DNA of 64,000 nt, taken from positions 1 through 64,000 of IMG/VR virus record IMGVR_UViG_3300032304_000977, one strand, 5' to 3'. The stretch is from a virus (taxonomy: Duplodnaviria > Heunggongvirae > Uroviricota > Caudoviricetes). The translations under genes were made by a program, and so were the position numbers. Below are positions 52,534-61,076 of the stretch, one piece after another. Position 1 is the first letter of the stretch, and each line of letters starts with the position of its first letter. Under the pieces are notes generated by a model. It was not told the DNA's origin. It did not search any database and saw only the letters and a program-made list of their open reading frames with translations.

Positions 52534-54117
52534 TTAGAAGTGTTGGTGTTCGTTTTCAGGAATTCCATCTTCAATAAATCCAAATGGTGTAAGTTCTTCT
52601 TCAATTGCCAGCATTTGCTTTTCGTACATCTCTTTTCTTAAATCGATGGCTTTATTGTGCATATCTTTGAAGTATGTATTGGTTGTCAACCAACCAAACA
52701 GAACTAATGGCATAACGAGGTCATCATGATATCCTTGGTCTGCAGCAAAAGAACCTCTAGACTCAATGAATGTAGTTATCTCAGAGATAGTATCAATATC
52801 GTTGACTATGAGTTTTTTCTCCTCAACCATGGCTTTAAAATTTTGACATCCAATACGTTTTACACGCTTATCGGTATTCACGCCAAATTGAACTTTACCT
52901 CCACCAAAACCACCAGAAACTACTTGTCCTGCTGTAGTTCTATTCACAAAAATGATGTTTTCATACATCAATTCATCATGTAAAATATAAGCTACTTGTT
53001 CGCTTATGTTAATTTCAATCAAAACAAAGGCATCATTATAGTCTCTTGCTACCTTATGTATCACATTTGGGTACAATATTGGACTCATTTTGTTATTTCT
53101 GTATTTACCCACCATTTTATATGGCGCTTCTGTCATATCAATAATAACAAACGCAGAATAATCATTCTCGACACCCTTCGCTACGTCTGCAATAAGAACA
53201 TATTGATGATTTTTCTGAGGGAATGCGGTAAGATCTAGACCATCTTTTGAGTATATATAAGCATCGGGCGACATTTGCGCAATAGTATCTGCGTTGACAA
53301 GTGTAAGACTAGAACCCAAAAACTTACATAAGACTTCTTGATTATATTTCAATTCTCCAAGTTGCCTTCTTTGCTCTTCTGCCCACTTATCATCACGACC
53401 TGGAATTCTCCAATATGGAATAAACATAGAAACAAAATCATTACGCTTATTTTCAGCATCGTTCCAAAATTTCCAGAAGTGATTGTAACCAAGTGGTGTC
53501 GATGTAATCAAAATCTTAGTGGTTGTACCAGCAGAAATTGTTGGATAGACCGATGTGAAGAATGCTTCTGCAATAGTGTTGGGAATAATCGCTGCTTCGT
53601 CAATGTATAATAAATTTACTGACTTAGAACGAATACCTGCTGCAGTTGTAGCAGCAGTAAACACTTTGGAACCATTCTCCAGTTCAATGTCGCCTTTGTT
53701 CCATGTCGTAACACCTTGTTGCATCCAAAGTGGTAAATTTTCATACATGGTTTGGTATCTAGATAATATTTCTCTTGCAGTTGATGCTTTGTTTGCTAGA
53801 ATAGCCACGTTTTTGTTTTGTTGAAACAATGTATACCAAAGAATATATGCTGCTGATGTTGTGGTTTTACCTTGCTGTCGACCTTCCATCAAAATAACTT
53901 TGCGATTGTCGTGTATTAATTTTATTTTTTCTTTTTGGCAATCGTATAATTTAAACATCTGAAGACCATGATCTAGTGTAACAATATAACAATAATTGTC
54001 AATAAAATACACTGGATCTTGAGAACATTTGATATATTCCTTAATATCCTCTTGTGTGAATGGTATGTCTACACCAGCTGCTTTGAGGTTCGCATTCGCA
54101 TTATAATTTCTTGTCAT
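52534..54117 (-). CDS. 17: terminase large subunit gp17
   Basis: 527 aa. Walker A MEGRQQGKTT (T4 SRQLGKT), Walker B LLYIDEAAI, C-terminal RNase-H-like nuclease region. Confidence 0.85.
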   Translation of the reverse strand: MTRNYNANANLKAAGVDIPFTQEDIKEYIKCSQDPVYFIDNYCYIVTLDHGLQMFKLYDCQKEKIKLIHDNRKVILMEGRQQGKTTTSAAYILWYTLFQQNKNVAILANKASTAREILSRYQTMYENLPLWMQQGVTTWNKGDIELENGSKVFTAATTAAGIRSKSVNLLYIDEAAIIPNTIAEAFFTSVYPTISAGTTTKILITSTPLGYNHFWKFWNDAENKRNDFVSMFIPYWRIPGRDDKWAEEQRRQLGELKYNQEVLCKFLGSSLTLVNADTIAQMSPDAYIYSKDGLDLTAFPQKNHQYVLIADVAKGVENDYSAFVIIDMTEAPYKMVGKYRNNKMSPILYPNVIHKVARDYNDAFVLIEINISEQVAYILHDELMYENIIFVNRTTAGQVVSGGFGGGKVQFGVNTDKRVKRIGCQNFKAMVEEKKLIVNDIDTISEITTFIESRGSFAADQGYHDDLVMPLVLFGWLTTNTYFKDMHNKAIDLRKEMYEKQMLAIEEELTPFGFIEDGIPENEHQHF

Positions 54118-54896
54118 TAAAAATTAAAATCCCACTCTTCAGTTATTGGTATCGGAGAAGTTCCTACTGCAGTATTTGATGGATCTACTGATGCGGTATA
54201 TCTTCCAGTAACACCTGAAACAGTCGAACCATCAACATCTTTTTGCTCTTTGTTAATGTTTGCTGTTACTGTTCTTATCAGATTAGTTTCATTTATTGGT
54301 CCAAACATTTGTGTCTTCATTGTAAAAGTAAGTGTGTATAGAACAACTCGTTTAATTTCAAACTGCCCATCATAATCATCTTGTAATGTGACACTATTCA
54401 ATATAGTTGGAACATCAAAACTATAACCCATTTGCGGATTAATATTTACTGTTAAATTGTAAGCTGGTGTGAAGAATGGTAGAATTTGCTCAACAATTTG
54501 AAGAGCATCCTCTTGCGTTTTGGATATAATATACATAGTTATACCCAAATTGTATGGAACAGGAACAAATTGTGTTCTTCTCTTTTGATCGTTTTCTGTA
54601 TCTTCAACAACCAATTGATTTAAAGAATTTAATTTTCTAGTTGTATCGTATTGGAAATCAGTAATCTCAAATGTCATCCTTGGTAAAACAATTTCAACTG
54701 GACGATCTAATGTTGGATCATTTTGCGAACGCTGTAACCATTTTTCTTTTGGACCATACGTCATTGGAACTTTTACTAATTGATTTGGTGTTCCATCACT
54801 ATTATCACGTTTGATGTAGACTTGATTGAACAATTTACCAAACACAATAATACTATTTCTTACTGTGGCATGATAGAAGTGTGAGTGATTAAGCAT
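54117..54896 (-). CDS. 15: tail sheath stabiliser / tail completion protein gp15
   Basis: 259 aa. IKRDNSDG...VKVPMTYGPKE and VLPRM match T4 gp15 IKRQLESG...IRVPITYASKE and ILPRI. Confidence 0.75.
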   Translation of the reverse strand: MLNHSHFYHATVRNSIIVFGKLFNQVYIKRDNSDGTPNQLVKVPMTYGPKEKWLQRSQNDPTLDRPVEIVLPRMTFEITDFQYDTTRKLNSLNQLVVEDTENDQKRRTQFVPVPYNLGITMYIISKTQEDALQIVEQILPFFTPAYNLTVNINPQMGYSFDVPTILNSVTLQDDYDGQFEIKRVVLYTLTFTMKTQMFGPINETNLIRTVTANINKEQKDVDGSTVSGVTGRYTASVDPSNTAVGTSPIPITEEWDFNF

Positions 54897-55614
54897 TCTT
54901 TACCTCGCCGAATGGATTTGTTTCATCAAAATCAACAAGACCAGTTCCTTCAGAATCGTATCTATCATTGTCTGATATGTCTGTTGCTGGATCGCCCTCT
55001 GTTTCTAGTTCATATTCTTCATCAGTTTGTTCGCCTTCAATAAATTCTCCATCCTCAGCACGAATCATATCAGTGTCATAAGAGAATGTTTCTTCAATGT
55101 TGTCGATTTCTGGTATTCCTGTATCCAGTTTTTCACTAGCATATTGGAATGTTTCAATGCGCAACTTAAACACATACAGTTTTCCAAGTTGATAAAATGG
55201 ATCTTCGTGTTCTACGAAACGAATCTCAAATAATTTCTTTGTTAGGGGAAAGTAGATTAAATCGCCTTCTGCTGGACGAGAAGGAATTCTTGTTACACCA
55301 TGTCTGCCGATTAATTGTTCCCATCTACGACGTGCAACAACAAGAGTTGCAGACTTTTCTATTTCTATGCCAAATTTTTGTAGAAATGTTCCTTGACCTT
55401 GAAAATCATCAACGTCTTCAAAATACATTTCTATGTCATAAGCTGCCTCAAATTTAGATAAAACGTCTTCTCCAAGAACTAAGTCTTGTTTTACTAGAAC
55501 TCTTGGGATATAATATACATCTTGACCATAAATCTGCAATGATTCAACAATTATGTCTTCAAGAAGATACTGCTCGCTTTTAGTTCCTTGAGTGAAATAT
55601 ACATTTTTTGGCAT
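54889..55614 (-). CDS. 14: neck protein gp14
   Basis: 241 aa. LQIYGQDVYYIPRV matches T4 gp14 IQIFGFDVYYIPRV. Confidence 0.7.
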   Translation of the reverse strand: MPKNVYFTQGTKSEQYLLEDIIVESLQIYGQDVYYIPRVLVKQDLVLGEDVLSKFEAAYDIEMYFEDVDDFQGQGTFLQKFGIEIEKSATLVVARRRWEQLIGRHGVTRIPSRPAEGDLIYFPLTKKLFEIRFVEHEDPFYQLGKLYVFKLRIETFQYASEKLDTGIPEIDNIEETFSYDTDMIRAEDGEFIEGEQTDEEYELETEGDPATDISDNDRYDSEGTGLVDFDETNPFGEVKNA

Positions 55615-55615
55615 T

Positions 55616-56368
55616 TCATCCCATCATAAAATCTGGTGGTAAAGAGAAAGTGTTTTGTGCTTGTTCTTCTAATTCTTTTATTTCGTCCATAGCCTCTTGG
55701 TACAGCTTATCGCCATCTAAAGTGACACCACCTGGAAGTTGAAGACCTGAAAACTTTTTAATGTTCGCAGCCCACTGTCTTTTAATAAGAGCAGTAGCAT
55801 ACTTTTTTAACCACATATCGTTCCAAACATCTGACCATGTTGTTGGATCCATAGCACGATAACAGTCAACAATAATGTATTGACCAGCATTTATTTCCTG
55901 TGTCCAATTCATATCAATGTATAAACGATTTTGATGTTTATTAAATCTTAATGGCTTTGCTCCATTCAACAACATATCTAATAAAGCAATATAATCTCGA
56001 ACAGTGTTATAGTATATTAAGGATGTATTTGTTAGATCGTAAAGATCATTTAATCTTAATTGATACTGTAAATTAAACAGACCAGAGTCGGCTCCACTAA
56101 CATTATCTCCACTAAATGGTAATATATTTCTAACACCAATAATTAAATCGGTTAAAGGTATATAACCATCAGAAATATTTTGAGATGTTACTAGATGTTT
56201 TAGATAAATTCTCTCAACACCATCGTAATGAAACTCTTGATAGAATTGCAATGCTTCGTCTATGCGATCGGAAACTTGATCATCATCTACGTTAATTTCT
56301 ATAACAGGATGACCAAGTTGTCGCAAACAATAATCTGTAAAAGTATCTCTTGTTGTTGGGATAGCCAT
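55616..56368 (-). CDS. 13: neck protein gp13 (by position)
   Basis: 250-aa ORF immediately upstream of gp14. Assignment by synteny only. Confidence 0.5.
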   Translation of the reverse strand: MAIPTTRDTFTDYCLRQLGHPVIEINVDDDQVSDRIDEALQFYQEFHYDGVERIYLKHLVTSQNISDGYIPLTDLIIGVRNILPFSGDNVSGADSGLFNLQYQLRLNDLYDLTNTSLIYYNTVRDYIALLDMLLNGAKPLRFNKHQNRLYIDMNWTQEINAGQYIIVDCYRAMDPTTWSDVWNDMWLKKYATALIKRQWAANIKKFSGLQLPGGVTLDGDKLYQEAMDEIKELEEQAQNTFSLPPDFMMG

Positions 56369-56371
56369 ATA

Positions 56372-59300
56372 TTACGCCTGTGCTTCAGTCCATGACATAC
56401 GAGCAGCAATTTGTCCTGGTGGTGAAATTACAACAGTTCCGTTAATACCAGAAGTTGCGTTTCTTGAGAAAGAAACATCAAAATTACCAGCAGCCTTAGC
56501 AGTAACAGAAAGAACAACGCTACCAACTTGAATACCACCTGTTGATGAAGTCACAACCCATCCTGGCGTAAAACTTGTTACATTATCGTATGTAACAATT
56601 GGCGAACCAGTTGTTGTTGATGTTGGAGAAGTAATTGCTGGTGTTAATACGTTTGAACAGCAAACAGTAACAATATCTGGACCATCTGGAAATATACCAA
56701 CTCCAGAATTCAATGTTAATGTGTTAGACAGTCCACCACCAAGAACAGAATTGCCTAGATCTCTAATTTTATCCAATTCATAAGACGTTGTTGAGTAATT
56801 CAATCCACCACCACCCTGATCAGTGTAGAAAGCGAAGATCGTTTCACCACCAGTAATCTGTGTTCCATTTGGATGGTATGCGATTTGCGAAAGGGAAGAT
56901 CCACCAACAGATTGGAATGTTGGCGCATTAGTAACAAATTTAGGATTAAGCACCATACGAACAAACAAAGCACCATTAGAAGTAATACCTAATTGACGCA
57001 TTGTTAGCTGCATTCTGTTTATAACTTCTTTAACACCAAGCAAACCAGTTGCGCCATTATCTACTGATGGTGCCACACGAATACTCAAAACAGCATTAAT
57101 CGATGATGTGTAGTTTGTTACATAAGAAGGATTACCAGCTGTAAACACTAAAGATTTGTCATCATCATAACGACCATCCATAATTACTGAAGTTCCCCAG
57201 TGATTTGCTGTCGGAGCAAATTGGTGTGTATGTAAAAATACAGGAATTGCTGGTCCATCAGTGTCGAAAGTATGCGTAACACCAGAGTTATTAATACCAT
57301 TGGCATTTGATGACATTGCATAAATCAAAAAGTTTGTTATTGATCCAGTAGCAGTTGCGGCTTGACTCAATTCAATTGTTGAACCTGAGGAGTTGTAACC
57401 AGTAATATATGTTCCTTCAGGTATACCAGTTCCTGTTACGAAAGAGCCGACTGGCGCCATGTTGAGCGAATTTCCGATAGCATTTGTCGAAAACCCTTTT
57501 GATGTTGTAACAGTGTTACTTCCTGATGTTGTTGATACTGTTCCACTAGATGTATTAAAGTAATTAGAACGATAACCATCAATTGTTGCACCAGTCATAC
57601 CCAATCCAGCGCCACGTTGTGTTACTGTGAATGTTGTTGCAGTTTTACCATTATATTGAACATATTCGTAATAATCATCACCACCTGGACCACCAGATGA
57701 TAATGCAGCATCAGCAGATGTTCTTCCTGGATCTCCGATCAATAATGTTCCAGAAGATGGGAATGCGCTAGTATCGGCAACTGTTAGTGTAGATGTTCCA
57801 GAGTTGAATGTTGCAGTCATATATGTGTATGGAACAAATGTATTTGTTTCATAACGAGCTGGTAAATTACCAGATCTTAAATATGCTTCAGTGTTTATAT
57901 TAGAGTTTACAATACGATGACAGTATATAACTCTTCCCTCTTGGTCTTTAAAACCAAAACGAATAGCACCAGCACCGTACCACGCATAATCCATAAACAC
58001 CATTTGCATTTTGTTTAGGTCTAGCGTAAATCCTGATGGTCCATAACCATCGCAACGATCGATATTCCAAGAAGATTGTGGGATTTTAGTTTCTACAATT
58101 TTACTAATTGTTCCACCACTAATTGTTGTTCCACGATATTCTGGATTAATTCTAATTCTTTGGTCATTAATTACTTCCATTACACGATATGTTTGACCAC
58201 GAACATTAATCCAATCTCCTGGAGTAAGTTGCTTTAAGAATTTGGTTTGTTTTGCTGCACCAAGAGTTGTCAAAGATGTAATTTGATCTGATCCATTTGT
58301 TGCTGCAATCAATCCAGAAATTTGCAAGACACTATTTCTACGAACTGCGGAAAGTGTTTGACCATCGTATTCTAAGAAAAATCCATTCGCAGAGTCCATC
58401 ATACCAATAGCAATAGCAGCGCCTCTCCAACTACTTGCGCCAACAATAGGATAACCATAAGCAGTCGTTACTGATGGTGTTGATGCCATTTGATATGTGA
58501 ATTCAAATTCGTTATTTACATCAAGAAGAGTAAATGTGCCATTATATGCGCTAGATGCTTGTCCTGGCTCTGTTGCGCCAGTTACATTAATAGTCAATCC
58601 TGGTTGTAAATTGTGTGGTTCTTTTGTTGTCGCTGTTGCAATATTTGCAACAGAAGTCAAAGCATCAAGTGTAAAGTTTGGTCTTAACACACATCCTGTT
58701 GAGAATTGAATTCCTTTACCAGATTGATAACGGAAATATCTTCTTGTTTGTCTCAATGCCTGATAATTGTGACTTTGTGTATTTGTTGAAAAACGAACAC
58801 CACCATCAAACGGACGATGGGAGAATGAAGATTCATTTCTTGCATAACAACCCAAAGTGCCGATAGCTGTAATCGTTGGTACGTTTGAACCAGCTGCCAT
58901 CAGTACACCAAATTTACGTGGGCTGTAAACAGCAATAACAATATAAGATGTTCCTCCTGGATTTGTTCCAGTAGAAAGAGTAGCTGATCCTGTTAAGTAA
59001 ACAAGATTACCAACTGTCAAACCATGATTTCTTGCAGTCGTCAAAACAACCACAATATCGTTCGCTGGACTACCAGCTGCTGTTGCTGAGAAAGCAGCAG
59101 CGCTTGACAGAGTTATTTGCGCATTGCTGTAAAAACTACCAGCAAATACAGAAGTAATACCAGTGTTAAGAATTGAGCCAGTCGTTCCAGTAAACGCAGC
59201 TGAAGAACGATAGCGGATTTCCCATCTAGATGATGCGATTACAGCTGTTGTAAGTTCGATAAGATAGCCACCATTCGCTGCTGGGAAAAGTGTTTCTTGT

Positions 59301-60049
59301 ATTTGAATTGGTGTACCGATGTCTGGGATTTTCTGTGGAGCGATTCTAAATGCTGCTGCTGCGATAGCAACTGCACCATTCGATTGCAATGTCAATGATG
59401 TGTCAGATTCAACAGAAGAAACGACACCAACAAAAACATCAGAAGAATTATAAAGAGCATATCCAGGAAAAACTTGCGTTAAAAATGAAGTACCAGCTCC
59501 AGTTACAGTTGTTGATGATGTTGATACCGTAACAGTTCCTGTTCCAGAAGTATACGTCGCATAAACTATTACGTTTCTTGATCCATTAGTAGCTTGGACA
59601 TCATTAATAACAATTGGCGCTTGTAAATCAACATAGAATGATGGACGTCCATTCAATAGAGAAATATTTTCCCATTTAGTTGGCTGCGTTCCATATTCAA
59701 AGTCAGTATCAATTAAAGATTGTGGCGTTGACATGCGCATTTTCTGCACAGGATCCTGATATACCTCAGCAGGAACAATTTCTTGAACAGTATCGTCATA
59801 CACAAATTGCAATGCATCTGACGCAGACATAGATGTCGTGTTGTAATTTAATGTAATGGTTGTAACACCATTAACAACAGTATAACCAGTAGCTGTTAGA
59901 TTAGGGTCGCTGAAGTTGTAAATAACCTTATTGGTTGTCACGTTTGTGATAAGAACAAGGTTTTCTCTTTGAATTGCTTTTGGAATTACAACCTGACGTG
60001 ACGCTGGCGTAAAGGTATAATACTGTTCTGTCAAGACTTTCTTAGCCAT
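56372..60049 (-). CDS. giant Gly/Ser/Thr-rich virion structural protein (putative fibre/baseplate-associated), paralog A
   Basis: 1225 aa. Shares at least 5 long conserved blocks with the 61077..64000 protein, e.g. STPQSLIDTDFEYG.QPTKWE, QTRRYFRYQSGKG, WNIDRCDG.GPSGF...MDY.WYGAG.IR.GF, YCHR...N.N.EAY.RSGNLPARYETNTF, HWGTSVIMDGR.DDDKS.VF, and a C-terminal WTEAQA. Sits upstream of the neck genes, where T4 has gp12/wac. Confidence 0.6.
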   Translation of the reverse strand: MAKKVLTEQYYTFTPASRQVVIPKAIQRENLVLITNVTTNKVIYNFSDPNLTATGYTVVNGVTTITLNYNTTSMSASDALQFVYDDTVQEIVPAEVYQDPVQKMRMSTPQSLIDTDFEYGTQPTKWENISLLNGRPSFYVDLQAPIVINDVQATNGSRNVIVYATYTSGTGTVTVSTSSTTVTGAGTSFLTQVFPGYALYNSSDVFVGVVSSVESDTSLTLQSNGAVAIAAAAFRIAPQKIPDIGTPIQIQETLFPAANGGYLIELTTAVIASSRWEIRYRSSAAFTGTTGSILNTGITSVFAGSFYSNAQITLSSAAAFSATAAGSPANDIVVVLTTARNHGLTVGNLVYLTGSATLSTGTNPGGTSYIVIAVYSPRKFGVLMAAGSNVPTITAIGTLGCYARNESSFSHRPFDGGVRFSTNTQSHNYQALRQTRRYFRYQSGKGIQFSTGCVLRPNFTLDALTSVANIATATTKEPHNLQPGLTINVTGATEPGQASSAYNGTFTLLDVNNEFEFTYQMASTPSVTTAYGYPIVGASSWRGAAIAIGMMDSANGFFLEYDGQTLSAVRRNSVLQISGLIAATNGSDQITSLTTLGAAKQTKFLKQLTPGDWINVRGQTYRVMEVINDQRIRINPEYRGTTISGGTISKIVETKIPQSSWNIDRCDGYGPSGFTLDLNKMQMVFMDYAWYGAGAIRFGFKDQEGRVIYCHRIVNSNINTEAYLRSGNLPARYETNTFVPYTYMTATFNSGTSTLTVADTSAFPSSGTLLIGDPGRTSADAALSSGGPGGDDYYEYVQYNGKTATTFTVTQRGAGLGMTGATIDGYRSNYFNTSSGTVSTTSGSNTVTTSKGFSTNAIGNSLNMAPVGSFVTGTGIPEGTYITGYNSSGSTIELSQAATATGSITNFLIYAMSSNANGINNSGVTHTFDTDGPAIPVFLHTHQFAPTANHWGTSVIMDGRYDDDKSLVFTAGNPSYVTNYTSSINAVLSIRVAPSVDNGATGLLGVKEVINRMQLTMRQLGITSNGALFVRMVLNPKFVTNAPTFQSVGGSSLSQIAYHPNGTQITGGETIFAFYTDQGGGGLNYSTTSYELDKIRDLGNSVLGGGLSNTLTLNSGVGIFPDGPDIVTVCCSNVLTPAITSPTSTTTGSPIVTYDNVTSFTPGWVVTSSTGGIQVGSVVLSVTAKAAGNFDVSFSRNATSGINGTVVISPPGQIAARMSWTEAQA

Positions 60050-60080
60050 TTAATTGCTCCAATTAATGTTTCTCTTTTGT

Positions 60081-60088
60081 TATTTATT
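60081..60088 (-). promoter_or_regulatory. candidate late promoter AATAAATA
   Basis: Plus-strand TATTTATT, 32-39 bp upstream of the 1225-aa structural gene. Same geometry as the gp19 and gp3 sites. Confidence 0.35.
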
Positions 60089-61073
60089 AGGTAAAATTAG
60101 TAATCTCTGTAAGAATCCATCCATATTCCATATACTGATGAACGAGATAATTCGTACCTGTTCCAGCATGATTAAAATACTGAAGTTTGTAAGTTACTGG
60201 TAAAAGTGTTCCAGGTGTATCGAAATATTTTAAATTCATGTCCGACCAAGTTGCTTCTTTATAAGACCAGCCATATTGATATCTAGATGATCCACCTGAT
60301 TTTGGTGTTAAATTTGTATACCCACCACCATTTATATCACGAAACAACATAGTTCCTAACTGCGAACTAGCAGCTGCTCCATATGCCATAGTAGAAAAGA
60401 ACTCAACTTCTATTCTACTATTTATGTATTTTGGTGTAATCGATAGTGTTAGTGGTAAATCTGCTGGAGTTGTCGTTGCAGTTGAGATGTGAGATGTTGG
60501 CATTGCGCTAACATATTTTTTCTGAACTACAGTTGGTGATTGCACTGCCAGTGTTAATTGATCAACCGATGGGGGGATTACTGGATTGTCCTGATAACCA
60601 ATCCAATTTGTTCCACCATCAAAGGTTATGAACTTAAAAACATCAACACGGAATGGTAATGATTGAAGTGATGGAAAAATTTGATTTGCTGTTGATGTTC
60701 CTGTATTAGGAAATTTTACATTTGTTAATGCAGAGAAATTCAAAACTCTACTACCAACAACATCTTGATTAAAGTATACAGTAACAAGAAATGCTCCATC
60801 CGTTGATGATGGAACATTTGTGAACGTGATGCCTGTCGCATTCGCAGCCATAATAACATTATGGTTCTGGTACGAACAATCTATCAATAGGTTCTGGTTG
60901 GAATAGATGTGATTTGTTGTTACAAATGGAGTGGCAACACGATTCGCATAAATCGTATTGCCAACTCTTAGATCATTTTCTATACCAACATTTCTACCAA
61001 GGGCGACATTGCCGCCATCGGTATTAATTTGATTACCTACCTGTAATCCATTTTGTGGTAAAGTTTGTTTCAT
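60087..61073 (-). CDS. putative structural protein
   Basis: 328 aa. Gly/Asn/Thr-rich and beta-rich by composition. Sandwiched between the two giant paralogs. Confidence 0.45.
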   Translation of the reverse strand: MKQTLPQNGLQVGNQINTDGGNVALGRNVGIENDLRVGNTIYANRVATPFVTTNHIYSNQNLLIDCSYQNHNVIMAANATGITFTNVPSSTDGAFLVTVYFNQDVVGSRVLNFSALTNVKFPNTGTSTANQIFPSLQSLPFRVDVFKFITFDGGTNWIGYQDNPVIPPSVDQLTLAVQSPTVVQKKYVSAMPTSHISTATTTPADLPLTLSITPKYINSRIEVEFFSTMAYGAAASSQLGTMLFRDINGGGYTNLTPKSGGSSRYQYGWSYKEATWSDMNLKYFDTPGTLLPVTYKLQYFNHAGTGTNYLVHQYMEYGWILTEITNFT

Positions 61074-61076
61074 TCA

